58,149 nucleotides of DNA from Octopus sinensis (lineage: Eukaryota): contig NW_021834931.1 of NCBI RefSeq assembly GCF_006345805.1, positions 1 through 58,149 of the forward strand, read 5' to 3'. Positions within the stretch are counted from its first letter, which is position 1. The number at the start of each line of letters is the position of its first letter. The position numbers were made by a program, and so were the translations under genes. The notes under the pieces are model-generated. The model did no database searches. It had not been told where the DNA came from and was given only the letters and a program-made list of their open reading frames with translations. Of this stretch, positions 1 to 10,316 are shown one piece after another.

Positions 1-144
1 GTACTTCCGCATCTTTTTGCATTCCACAGTTGTGACAATAGATCCAGGAGCGGATGCGGACATCAGCAGTCTCTGAGGCGAGAAAAAGTCCACATACTTA
101 AAAAGTATTTAAAATAATAAAAACTCCCAAAAGGGAATGCGCCC
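1..144. repeat. Direct repeat of 929-1072 (U2 3' tail, spacer and start of a CRE fragment)
   Basis: 1-144 is identical by eye to 929-1072 (offset 928); runs off the window start. Confidence 0.95.
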
Positions 145-420
145 GATTGTAGGAAAGAAAGTCAAGCGGAAAAAACGTCAAGTGGAAAAAAAGTCAAGTC
201 CGTAAGCGGAAAAAAAGTCAAGTCGTCTTTGTTTACTTTATATTGTATCTTTTTCGCAATAATAGCAACTTTTAATTTTTAACAATTTTTTTCAATACTT
301 GACTTTTTTTCCGCTTTACTTTTTTTCCATTTTTGAAATTTATTCCCTTATAAATTTTCGAAATTTAGCGCAAAACGGAAAAAAAGTCAAGTTCGTTAAC
401 GAATTACGGACTGTAATTCA
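145..420. mobile_element. Probable DNA-transposon end with AAAAGTCAAG subterminal repeats
   Basis: Several GAAAAAAAGTCAAG copies plus an inverted copy near 298-313; right end reads TA-CAGTCCG on the minus strand (Tc1/mariner-like terminus). No matching second TIR found. Confidence 0.35.
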
Positions 421-734
421 TTTAAATGTTCTGCCACAGCTAAGCAACACGTTGTGAAAATAAATTTTAAAAGCTTGGTTCAGAATATCGGTTTTTTAAA
501 ACTGATATCACTTGCAATTGTATGCGCAAACTTTTTTTCGTTCGCGTTAGCTTCTCGCCTGCCGAAATAGTTCGCTTCCTTTGTTTTATCTATTCTGTTT
601 CATTTCTTCCGGAAAATAAATCACATAAATTTTACAAAAATTCTTAGAGTAGTCCAGATTTGCAAAGGTTTTTGAAAGCGTGTCGAGAGGGAGACGATGC
701 TGAAATTGCTAAGATTGATGGCATTGTTGATTTC

Positions 735-1022
735 AATGGCGTTCAGAAAAATAAATGCGTCGTTTTTATCCGCAAATCCGCTTGAAAAACATCTTGATTC
801 GCGGGCGTCGCCTGTGATAGCAAACATGCGGGACCCGATCTCCTGAACGAAGCTGATTGCCTTACTGCCCAAGGAACCGGAAGTCTCAACCGCGATGGAA
901 GGAATCGGAACTTCTCCGTAAGTGAGGAGTACTTCCGCATCTTTTTGCATTCCACAGTTGTGACAATAGATCCAGGAGCGGATGCGGACATCAGCAGTCT
1001 CTGAGGCGAGAAAAAGTCCACA
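735..1022 (-). mobile_element. CRE-like non-LTR retrotransposon 3' fragment (restriction-like endonuclease region), frameshifted
   Basis: Joined frames read SAPGSIVTTVECKKMRKYSSLTEKF..IAVETSGSLGSKAISFVQEIGSRMFAITGDARES, matching the KY..L..F.P.A.ET.G..G..TGD.RE pattern of CRE C-termini. Confidence 0.8.
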
Positions 1023-1064
1023 TACTTAAAAAGTATTTAAAATAATAAAAACTCCCAAAAGGGA

Positions 1065-1249
1065 ATGCGCCCAACCCGGAAGTACTGCAATACCGGGAGG
1101 ACGCGTGGTATGGAGGAAGCAAGCTTCGCAACACATACCAAGGTACAAAAATAAGCATTATATCTTGCCCCGTGTAAGGGCGTCCCAGATATAAAGCTGG
1201 AAAGAACAGATACTACACTTTGATCTTAGCCAAAAGGCCGAGAAGCGAC
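1065..1249 (-). ncRNA. U2: U2 spliceosomal snRNA
   Basis: Minus strand GTCGCTTCTCGGCCTTTTGGCTAAGATCAAAGTGTAGTATCTGTTCTT; branch-recognition GTAGTA; Sm site ATTTTTG; stems IIa, IIb, III and IV (loop TATTGCAGTA) can all form. Confidence 0.97.
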
Positions 1250-1699
1250 AACATGTAATGATTTTCGATGAGCAATAATTATTCTAACAACTAAAAACAG
1301 GGTTGTTTGTTTTAGTGCACAGTAATAATTATTATAAATTTAAATTTTATAGTTATCAATTATATCTATCTTACAAAAGTATAAGAAAATTTACATTACT
1401 TTTATTTTTTTATATTTAATGATAATTGTTGAATCAGGACAGAGGACTCGAGATTCCGGTTCCCACTTCTTCTCAGAAGTACTAAGATACCATTTTGTGT
1501 AAGTCTTTTACAGATCTCTAGAATTTTTTTAACCAAACTTACTTGTTTAAGGAGTGATGCGCAGTCACAATTTGAAGCATTGATTAATGCTTGCTTACTT
1601 CTGTCGGTTAGTTGAAAACTTGATAACGACAGTTTAGGTGTTGGTATATGCCTACATCTATATGTTTGAAAATATGCTCTTGATATTAGATCACGTATG

Positions 1700-2230
1700 A
1701 AGAAATCAATTATGACTGTTATAAACGTTTATGCGACCCACGCGCAAAGATTATCGACTTGTATGAATGAGCTTGATGATTTCTATACGAAAAATATATA
1801 ATCAAATTGATAATATTTTGTGCAAGCAGTCGCAGAAGCGATTATTAGGCAACTCCCATTTGTATGGAGGATCCTTGACAAACAACGATCATAGGATCTT
1901 ACTCTGCAGATTAAATCTGAGAAGACTTTACGGAATTTTACATGGAAATCATGCACAGGGTAGACAAACGCAAAAATCAATAATTAATGTCAATACTGCT
2001 TATTGCATTGTCAAAATTGTTAAAAAAATCTAGCTATTATGTACTGGCTCGCAGGATTGAAAGACAATTCCCGCGTAAAGCAGCAAGCGAGATCCTCTGA
2101 ATAAGGAATATAAATTCCCTGGGATCTCTAGAGCGGTAGGTGCACAGGCGGCCAAGTTTCTTAAGATGAGCAAGCGTCTTGGCCCCAAAAACACAGGAAG
2201 TCTCGACGGCAATTGTCCAAAAGCGAAATC
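1700..2230 (+). mobile_element. Degenerate APE endonuclease region of a LINE
   Basis: INVYATHAQRLSTCMNELDDFYT resembles the INVYAPT...DxFY motif; multiple stops and frameshifts. Confidence 0.5.
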
Positions 2231-2239
2231 GATCGCGTA

Positions 2240-3145
2240 AATCCTCGAATTAATTACAATAAAATTACACGTTACAATGGTTTTTTGGATTATCTAAAAA
2301 AATGCTTTATAAAATTAAGATTTATAAAGATTCCACCTGTTTAGACAAAGAACTGGCAAAGAAAGAACGCTTTCTCGTCAGAAGTTTCTTGAATATCAGA
2401 AGAAGTTTTGACGGAGAAAAAGCTTTTATTTTTTAAAAGGGAAACTTTTGAGGTTCTTTGCAACTGACGAAGCTGAATTAAAGATGGAAACTATTGAGGT
2501 AAACTTATTGATTAAAATTTTAAGGCTGAGCACAATTCTAACTATTTTGGTAGAGATAAGCTTTTTATTTCATTAGCATCTAAACTATATGGAATAGAAA
2601 CACCAGAAGTTTGTAAAGTTATCGGACAGTGTACTTTTTGACAGGCAAGTTAAGTCATTTAATTTGTATTCTAAACTGTTAATAGCATCTAAACTTCTAA
2701 TTACACCTATAATTGATTACAAAGTCATTGAAAATCTTAAAAAGCGGGCGAAAAAATTACCAGAAGATGGAAATTTGATGAAGAAGACATCATTGTGGAA
2801 GAGTCAGCGAGATTAAGAAACGACATCGATGCAAATAGAAGAAAGTTCCTATTATATGACGGAATATCTGCAAAAACATGTACAGTCTTAGAAATAATGG
2901 TCATTTCTATTCTATCAAAAATGAGGAAACTCAGGAAGAACTCACAAATATACACATATCAAGATTATCTAAATTAAAAATAAATTATTAGTTTGCGTTG
3001 TATAAGTGGGATATTGGTATCTCATCGAGGAAAAAGTAAAATAGAGTTTAACAAAAAACGTATATTTTAGCGTACAATTTTAATTAAAGAAAAAATTAAA
3101 AAAGTTTTTTTGGGTTCCGTCTCCGGGGTGGTTCCGCCTCTTACC
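2240..3145 (+). mobile_element. Internally deleted Ginger2-like element
   Basis: LKMETIE|intron|AEHNSNYFG N-terminal fragment; C-terminal fragment 2720-2977 homologous to 47516-47900 and 56900-57170; GTTCCGCCTCTTAC at 3131-3144 is the inverse of the TGTAAGAGGCGGAAC end at 47217. Confidence 0.65.
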
Positions 3146-3369
3146 TTTGATAATTAATTTAAAATAATTCAATCTATAATATTTGATTTTTGATAAATCA
3201 ACACTTCCAATGTCGGTTCTCGACAATCAATCAAAAATTTCTTATAGCTTGAGAAGGGATAGGGTTTGGTGCTCCTGTTTATGTGGTATAGTTTTTATGT
3301 TACAAAAAGGACACTGCTCGATTAAAAGGAGATTTTTAAGAACTTATTTCTAATAAATTAAGACAAATT

Positions 3370-4583
3370 GCCGTTTCAGTGGCAGGGAGAGACCAAACGA
3401 GTTCTGAGAATGCCTCTCTTTTAATAATCAATGATTAAATGAAGCAAAAAGGAAAGAAAATGCATAGAGTCGTTAAAGAACGTCAAATAGACTCTAATAA
3501 CCTTAAAATGACTGTCCATCGGTTACAAAGTGAGGTTAATCAAATTAAAGAACAACAAAACGTGTCTCGTGAATCAAATGTGGGCTCAAATGGATTTTCA
3601 TGAGCAGCTTACTCATAAATTGGAAAGTTTATAAAGTGCCAAGGAACAGCTGCTAAAAATAGAACCTGAGCAAACAACGAATGCCAAATTAAAAGACCAA
3701 AATGCTTCTCTAGTTGCTCAGAATTTGACCCTGTTTGTGAGTCCAGAATGTCACAATCAAAGAATTAAAGAACAACATAACCAAGGAGAGAAACAATTTT
3801 GAACAAATCAATAGAGCAACTCTGATTGAGAGAACACATAGTCATCATTAAAAACCAAGTTTGAACATTTTCATTCCAAATTTGAAAAAGCAAAAAAGTT
3901 ATTTTGGAACGAAATGATCTCAAAAAAATTTAGAAATAACGAAAGCTGTCAGTTTACGGCACGATTATAAAATGAAATTCAAACACTCAAACAAAAATTG
4001 CGGAGTTGCACACAAACTCGTCCAAAGTGGATGAACTTGAGAGTGAGAACACTCAGTCCAAAAAATTAGATAGAAAGTCAATTTATGAGTCGAACAGCCG
4101 TTTAAATCCTGAGAAGGATGAAATTAGTGAGTGTGTTAATTCTCTACAACAGCAAAATATGGTTTTTTAATCTCATTTAAAAGCAGTTAACTAACAGCAA
4201 GTTCAGGATGCTCAAGTCCACTGTGATGTCCGGTTCTTGTGGGAAAAAATGACACCCTCAAGGCACAATTACATTTGACTGAGGTGTATTTCAGCACCAC
4301 AATGTTCTAATGCCTTCAGCTGAAATGTACAAATGACGAATTTTACTGCAAGATTAGAGAATTGGATTTATTAAGATCCCTTAACGCTGAACTTGAAAAC
4401 AATATATATTTTCTAAATCTTCAAAATTCGGAATATCTCTCTGTAATATCTCGACTCGAACAAGTGAATGTGGATAATTTAAGCGAGTTACATTCAAAAG
4501 AGTTTTATGAGGTGGAAGATGTTTTTTCTCACAATGAACCTGCAGAGAAGACAGAGAGAGCTCAAAAAAACGCGAAAGTTTAA
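3370..4583 (+). pseudogene. Degenerate coiled-coil protein sequence
   Basis: E/K/Q/L-rich heptad-like fragments (for example ORF 4362-4583) broken by stops and frameshifts; no family recognised. Confidence 0.35.
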
Positions 4584-4745
4584 AATTATATCGAATTCTT
4601 AAACTTTGTAAAATAATATATTTGAATTAGATTGTTCATTTTCGAGTAATTTCTTTAATTTCCATAAAATTGTTTATTCCTGAATTATTTATTGTTCATT
4701 GACCATAAATACTTGTTATTTAAACGCCTTTACAATTATTTGAAA

Positions 4746-5337
4746 ATGATTTTTACTCCTGTATTATTACTTTGGTCATTCGGCCGAATGTCAGTTCCCA
4801 GTATTATTATAAATACATCATAAAATTAATAGAATGTTTTAATTCTGCATGCTATACATATGTATCAACAGAAAAAACATATTTTCAAGCAAAAACGTAT
4901 TGCAAACAAAAAGGAGGCATCATTGCCGTAAGTGACAGTTTCAAGAAGGATGAATTTTTAAGTAGATACATTTCTAAATAATATTTGCAGATAAGATACG
5001 TCAAAGTTATGGAAATAATGACATTTTTATTGGTTATGATAATATACAAAATCATGATGTTTATATCAATTCTTATGGAACAACTCAAGTTATTTTTATA
5101 AAATTTTTTTTCGGGACTTCTACAGTTGGAGAGATTCAACAAATTCCAATATTAAGAACTGCGTAATTAAAGAAGGTATTTATGGACCGTGGGTGACCGA
5201 GTACTGTTCTACTAAGCATCAATTTATTTGTGAATTTAAAGGTTAATTATAATTTTTTCTTATTGAAAGATCATACAACATATGTGGGAACCCCATTAGA
5301 TGCCTCATATTCAAAAAACTTTATGAAGTGTAGTTAA
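4746..5337 (+). CDS. Secreted C-type lectin domain protein (third intron ends GG)
   Basis: Spliced: MIFTPVLLLWSFG..KCFNSACYTYVSTEKTYFQAKTYCKQKGGIIA..IFIGYDN..NCVI..GPWVTEYCSTKHQFICEFK; hydrophobic N-terminus and CTLD cysteine pattern; introns of about 26-32 nt. Confidence 0.75.
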
Positions 5338-6528
5338 AGCAAACTAATTACGCATTAACCAATCTTTCACTAATAAACGATTCAATCGAGTTAATTAAGC
5401 TAATGTCAGTCATAAATCTATTTTTCAACCCAATCTCTTGCAATATCATTATAAAATAAGATCAGATGTTTTTTGAAGCACAGTTGTATCTTAAAGACTC
5501 GGTTCAATTTGACGAAATGAATATTTTTTATAAAAATGAAAATTTCCATACAATTAATTAACTAAACAATCATCATTTGTTTCAATTTTTCCTATTGAAA
5601 GATCAGCTAATTGAGTTTGCTCTCGGCATCAACATTGTCCGTTTGTGGAGGAAGCCACACGCACAGATCCGAGAATATAAATTAATAATTCTTTTCCCCG
5701 ACTTAACGTCCATCTTTCTGGCTCGATTCTATTTTAGGTAAAAATTCAAGAATACTTGTGGTTTCCAACCTTAAAGTGTTTTCAGAACTTTTTCAGGTTA
5801 ATTTTTTTCCTCGGAACTTTTCCAGTTAAGTTATTAAAATTTTCATTTAAAACATAATTATTATAACCAAAAAGAATTTTAATATGAAAATTGAAGTGAA
5901 TCCCCTAACTTTCAACAATGAATCTCAAGACTAACTAACCTCTGCTCCCTACATAAAAATCGAGCGCATTCTCTGAAGAACTCGATTTCTCTAAGCTATC
6001 GTCTCTTCCTGTCTACCGTCTTAATCCTGTTGTTTCCTCTTTCTGTTTTACAATAAAAATTTATTTGTTTATTAGAAACCTTTTGTGAACGTGCAGAGAG
6101 CTATAGGCCTATTAGGCTCATCAGCTCAATTTTTTTTTAATTTTTCCTCTAATATTCAAATAAATTTTCATTAATTAATTTAGTGCCTATTTTCGTGATT
6201 CATGAAATAGAAAAGTACCCAATTTATTGAGCGAAGCACTTTCATATTTAGCCCAACTATTCATTCTTCAATAAACGAAAAACCATTTAAAAAAGAGGAA
6301 TTTCTGGCACAAACACAGTCATTCATGACTATAAAAGTTTTTCAATTTTTAAAAATTTTAAGAAAAGTGAAAGTTTAGATGATTTTTCTCGGCGCTCGAT
6401 CCCTCGTGGCGCAGGGATGAATAAACAAGTATCGTGAAGAAAAGTAGAATCTCATATTGCAAAAATAAAAGAATAGTGACATAATAGTGGTCTAAGTTTA
6501 TAAAGGGAAAAAACCACAGTCAGCTAGA

Positions 6529-6819
6529 TCACAACAGGCAAAAAAATAAATCAACCCGTGGATACGGGCGACATAAAAATTCCTGCGAAACTAAAATATC
6601 TTGGAGTATGTCAATCAAATTGGATTTTTCATCGAATGTATAGAGACGAGAAAACAAAAAGCAGCGGGTATGCTCAAGTAGCTGCTTTGTTTTTGCTCGG
6701 AACCTGAAAACGTTCTTATTTATATACTCTGCGTGCATCGAGCCGTTTTTAATATACAGATTCCAATGGTGGTATGACTCTGAAAATAAAAACAAAGTAC
6801 TTCTTCTTTTGACTTTCAT
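6529..6819 (-). CDS. Hypothetical short protein
   Basis: 96-codon ORF containing plausible 21-24 nt GT-AG introns; no recognisable motif. Confidence 0.25.
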   Translation of the reverse strand: MKVKRRSTLFLFSESYHHWNLYIKNGSMHAEYINKNVFRFRAKTKQLLEHTRCFLFSRLYTFDEKSNLIDILQDILVSQEFLCRPYPRVDLFFCLL

Positions 6820-6916
6820 ACTTACATTTAATTACCTTAAGGTTTATATGCAATAAAAGATAAGTCGGGATAAAACTATTTAAATTGATTGTTTTATTAG
6901 TTTATTTTTATTTGTT

Positions 6917-7480
6917 TCAACCATTTCTTACCTCTTTAACTGCAATCTTGTGTTCAGCATCACCAATCTGATCAGAATTGTTGTTCCATGAGAACGATTC
7001 CGTCATTTTCGACCAGTCGTAAAGATTTTCGTTGTAGGAAGTGAATGACTGCACTAACATCACTCGCTTAAAGTTAATCCCATTTCGGTGCTCCACTAAC
7101 ATACTTTCAAGGGTTTTCTTTAGTACAATAGATTGAGTATATGCTCTCGGAATTATATCCACATTCAAAACATCCATATATGACTTGTAGAACGTACAAT
7201 TCCGTCCCAAGTCAAAACAATAGGAATAATTTTAACTTTCGCGTTGTATATTTGAGACAACTCTCCAGCGATGAGGTCGTATTTGTGAAGTTTTTCTACC
7301 TCGACCATCTCAACATTCTCAGTTGTTATCATTGATTGAACTAAGTAAGTCTTCAGTTTCTTTGAATATGTGATTCCACATTTTATGACACAGGTTTAAA
7401 TGAAGATATCTCATCACCTCATTGTGGCTATAATAATAAGTCTTTGGGTAAATATCTTTTTTAATTAAAATGACGCTAAA
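6917..7480 (-). mobile_element. R4/NeSL-like non-LTR retrotransposon 3' fragment (RLE type)
   Basis: HNEVMRYLHLNLC..VEVEKLHKYDLIAGELSQIYNAKVKIIPIVLTWDG..RAYTQSIVLKKTLES across frameshifts; typical C-terminal RLE region. Confidence 0.75.
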
Positions 7481-7717
7481 CCTTTCTTATAATATATTGT
7501 AAATTATAACCTTAGTAGTTATAAAAACATATATTTATTTTCAATTTTAGAAGTGAGCCAATCTTTACAAACTTTATAAAATTAGAAAATTTTTATTTGT
7601 TAAAAATCTATTGCATTGGTCTTTAATGCAATAACCGACAAGACCTTCAAATAATTATTAAATTTATTTGCAGTGTTTGTCTAGTTTTAAAATTTCTAAC
7701 AACATTGAAAGTTAATG

Positions 7718-8932
7718 GGTACTGTTGCATTTCATCCTGCACGAAAATAACCTCTAAATGAATTAATGAAAATCTTTATGAATATTAGATCGAAAATTTA
7801 AAAAATTGAACTATGCCGATTTTGTAAATTTTATTCAAATTTTTTTAAAAAATTTGAATTTTTTACCGGCTTGTGGAGATGAATGATACAGTTGTCATGC
7901 GAAAATTGCAAAACTGAAGGACTATGAACTTCCCCGTACTGAAATGGAATCAGTTGCCTTCCTTCAAGAGGTTGGAATCTTTCCCAAAGAAAAAAAATGT
8001 CAAAAGACATTTTATGACCCTTCTCCAACAGCAGGAGAATACAACATGGTGTGCTATAAAAGTGGGTGTGAACATATAGTTCTATTAGAAACGGTTAAGA
8101 GAGTACTTTATTTTTAGGTACGTGGATCGAAGGCACGAAAGTGACCTTACAGTCATGTATTCGCTTTATGTACATGTTGAGTTTTGACAGACACAGTATT
8201 TTATGGTGTCGGCGTCAACTGGAATGGAGCAGCCATACAATTTGTAATTGGTCTCACTCCCTGCGAGAGGTTTGCGCATATTATTTAGCAAATCGTCCAA
8301 ACACACTGATTGGTATTAGATTGTTAGGTGGTATTGGCAAAGTTGTCCAAGTTGACGAATGCATATTTTCTAAACGGAAAAACAATGCAGGACGGATTCT
8401 CCCTCAACAATGGGTGTTTGGGGGAATCTGTCGTGGAAGTAAAGACTGTTTCATCAAGATGGTTCCAGATCGCTCCAAAAAAACTCTAACCGCCGCAATA
8501 CAGGAAAATATCGCACCGGGATCAGTGATACACACTGACAAATGGAAGTGTAATTCTACTTTATTCTTGCTAATAGGTTATTCAACGCCAGATCTCAATG
8601 CTCTTGCTTATGTGCACCTTACAGTTAATCACAAGTTGGCCATAATTCGTTTATAAATTTGCAGACGAAATTTTGTAGGTCCGAGCACAGGTGCACATAC
8701 ACAGAATGTTGAGAGGTTCAGATAATAATTATATATGAAAATATAGAATGTGGGGGTGCGCAAAATGGCGCAATAAGAGACAAAGGGGGACCCCGCGTCA
8801 CTTCATGGGTGCATATTTTGCAGGTATTAAATACTCCTAATACATTTATAGAATTTTTAGGAGAAGGCACATAAAAATTTTCATTAATTCATTTAGAGGC
8901 TATTTTCATGCAGGATGAAATGCAACAGTACC
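7718..8932 (+). mobile_element. Merlin (IS1016/ISXO2-like) DNA transposon, family A, transposase with 6 micro-introns, frameshifted
   Basis: TIR of about 55 bp starting GGTACTGTTGCATTTCATCCTGCA; 8-bp TSD AGTTAATG at 7710-7717 and 8933-8940; VQVDEC..WVFGG..HTD.W..HTQNVERMW. Confidence 0.95.
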
Positions 8933-9177
8933 AGTTAATGTTTCTTAATTTGGTAATAATAATTTTTTCTGTTATATCGGAACTTGTCGAATGTATATAA
9001 TGCACATACCTTCCGTTTAAAAATGTTTTCCTCATTTTTAGGACTATTTCTAGCCTACTTCTTTACATTTGGTTTATTTATGATAAATTAATATTTATCA
9101 GAATTACTTAAGAATCCAATAAATAGAATAGCATTTCCACCGATAGATAACAACGTTGATTTGTTGTCCATCTTTCC

Positions 9178-9366
9178 ATGTTCCAAAGCACAACTATCTT
9201 ATACTTTCCCCTGGGACAAAAAGGAGAGTGTCCTCACCATCAGAGCTGTCGAGGCAGTCAGGGACGGCTGGTATCTGTTCAGGACGCTCAAGACCAGAAC
9301 TCCATATTACATTGGGACACCCAAGAGCGTCCCTGGATCGGCTGGAAATGGAATTTACATTCATAA
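9178..9366 (+). pseudogene. Possible C-type lectin fragment
   Basis: SCRGSQGRLVSVQDAQDQNSILHWDTQERPWIG resembles the C...G.LVS....EQ.......WIG segment; locally GC-richer than the flanks. Confidence 0.3.
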
Positions 9367-10089
9367 GAGAAAATATGGATTGGAGGAAATTGTGGTTTTT
9401 AAACATGTTAATGAGACAAATGTACTGAATCAGTGTATTCGCATGACTGTAGAACTGAAGTGCCTTGAAATTATAAAAAATGCTTTTGTATTATGAAATA
9501 ATTTAATCTACACAAATTTGATATTACATAAATCAGTGATTACATTTTATTTTTTAAAATTATTTCTAAATGTATAATTTTATGCCCCATTCGACCCTAG
9601 TACCCAGAGATAACCTCTCTATCAACATATTAAACTCCCCCATTCTCTCCAAAGCATCAATTCTGTCCTCGATAGCAATTTGTCTTGACAATTTCGGTTT
9701 CTGCAAAATCAGTAAGATATTTTTTTTACTGTCCTTGAAATCGACGTATTGTATAAAACACGGTTCTATATCTTTAATGGATAGTGTATTCCTAGTAATG
9801 ATCTAGTAATAATTCGGATTTCGAATGATCTTTAACGAAAATGTTTTTTAAACAGACTAAATTGAATAGTCATTGGTGAATAATCTTATAAAAAGCCACA
9901 TGCTATTAAAGTTTCAAAATTTTAAATGCCATAAAAGTAGGCTACCAATCTCAATGAATTAAAAATTCAAAATATTCTGTTTGTTGAATTCAATCAATGT
10001 TTTCAGTGACCCCAATATGATAAAGGAACAAAATTTTTAATTAATTTTTCATAAGGAAACAAAATATTAAAAGAAAAATCATTTGTTTG

Positions 10090-10262
10090 CGGAATGAATT
10101 GCTTGAACGCTCCAGCGGAGAATGACAACTTTTCCATACCCACGAGCATTCACGTATTCACTTTCAAAGACGTAATGATGAGACACCCTCCTACGGCTGA
10201 GGTTTCGAACGCGACCAAAGCGACAAAATACTGGTGCTAGTGACTTATAATAAGTTTTTAAG
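10090..10262 (-). mobile_element. Old CRE-like 3' remnant (tentative)
   Basis: YKSLA/HQYFVALVAFETSAVGG..LERSS, loosely matching Y..L...F.P.A.ET.G..G..L.R.S. Confidence 0.4.
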
Positions 10263-10316
10263 ATTGAGGTTTATTGGAGAATGAAAAATCCAATGAAACA
10301 AACCAAGAAAAAACAA

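Noticed and set aside
1065-1249. Utopia-type U2-targeting retrotransposon
   Set aside because: Utopia inserts inside the U2 gene; this U2 is uninterrupted and the neighbouring fragment is CRE-like and lies about 43 bp downstream.
10090-10250. C/D-box snoRNA or RNase P/MRP-like RNA (ATGATGA..CTGA)
   Set aside because: The boxes are only about 17 nt apart with no terminal stem; a CRE-like reading on the minus strand explains the GC-richer patch better.
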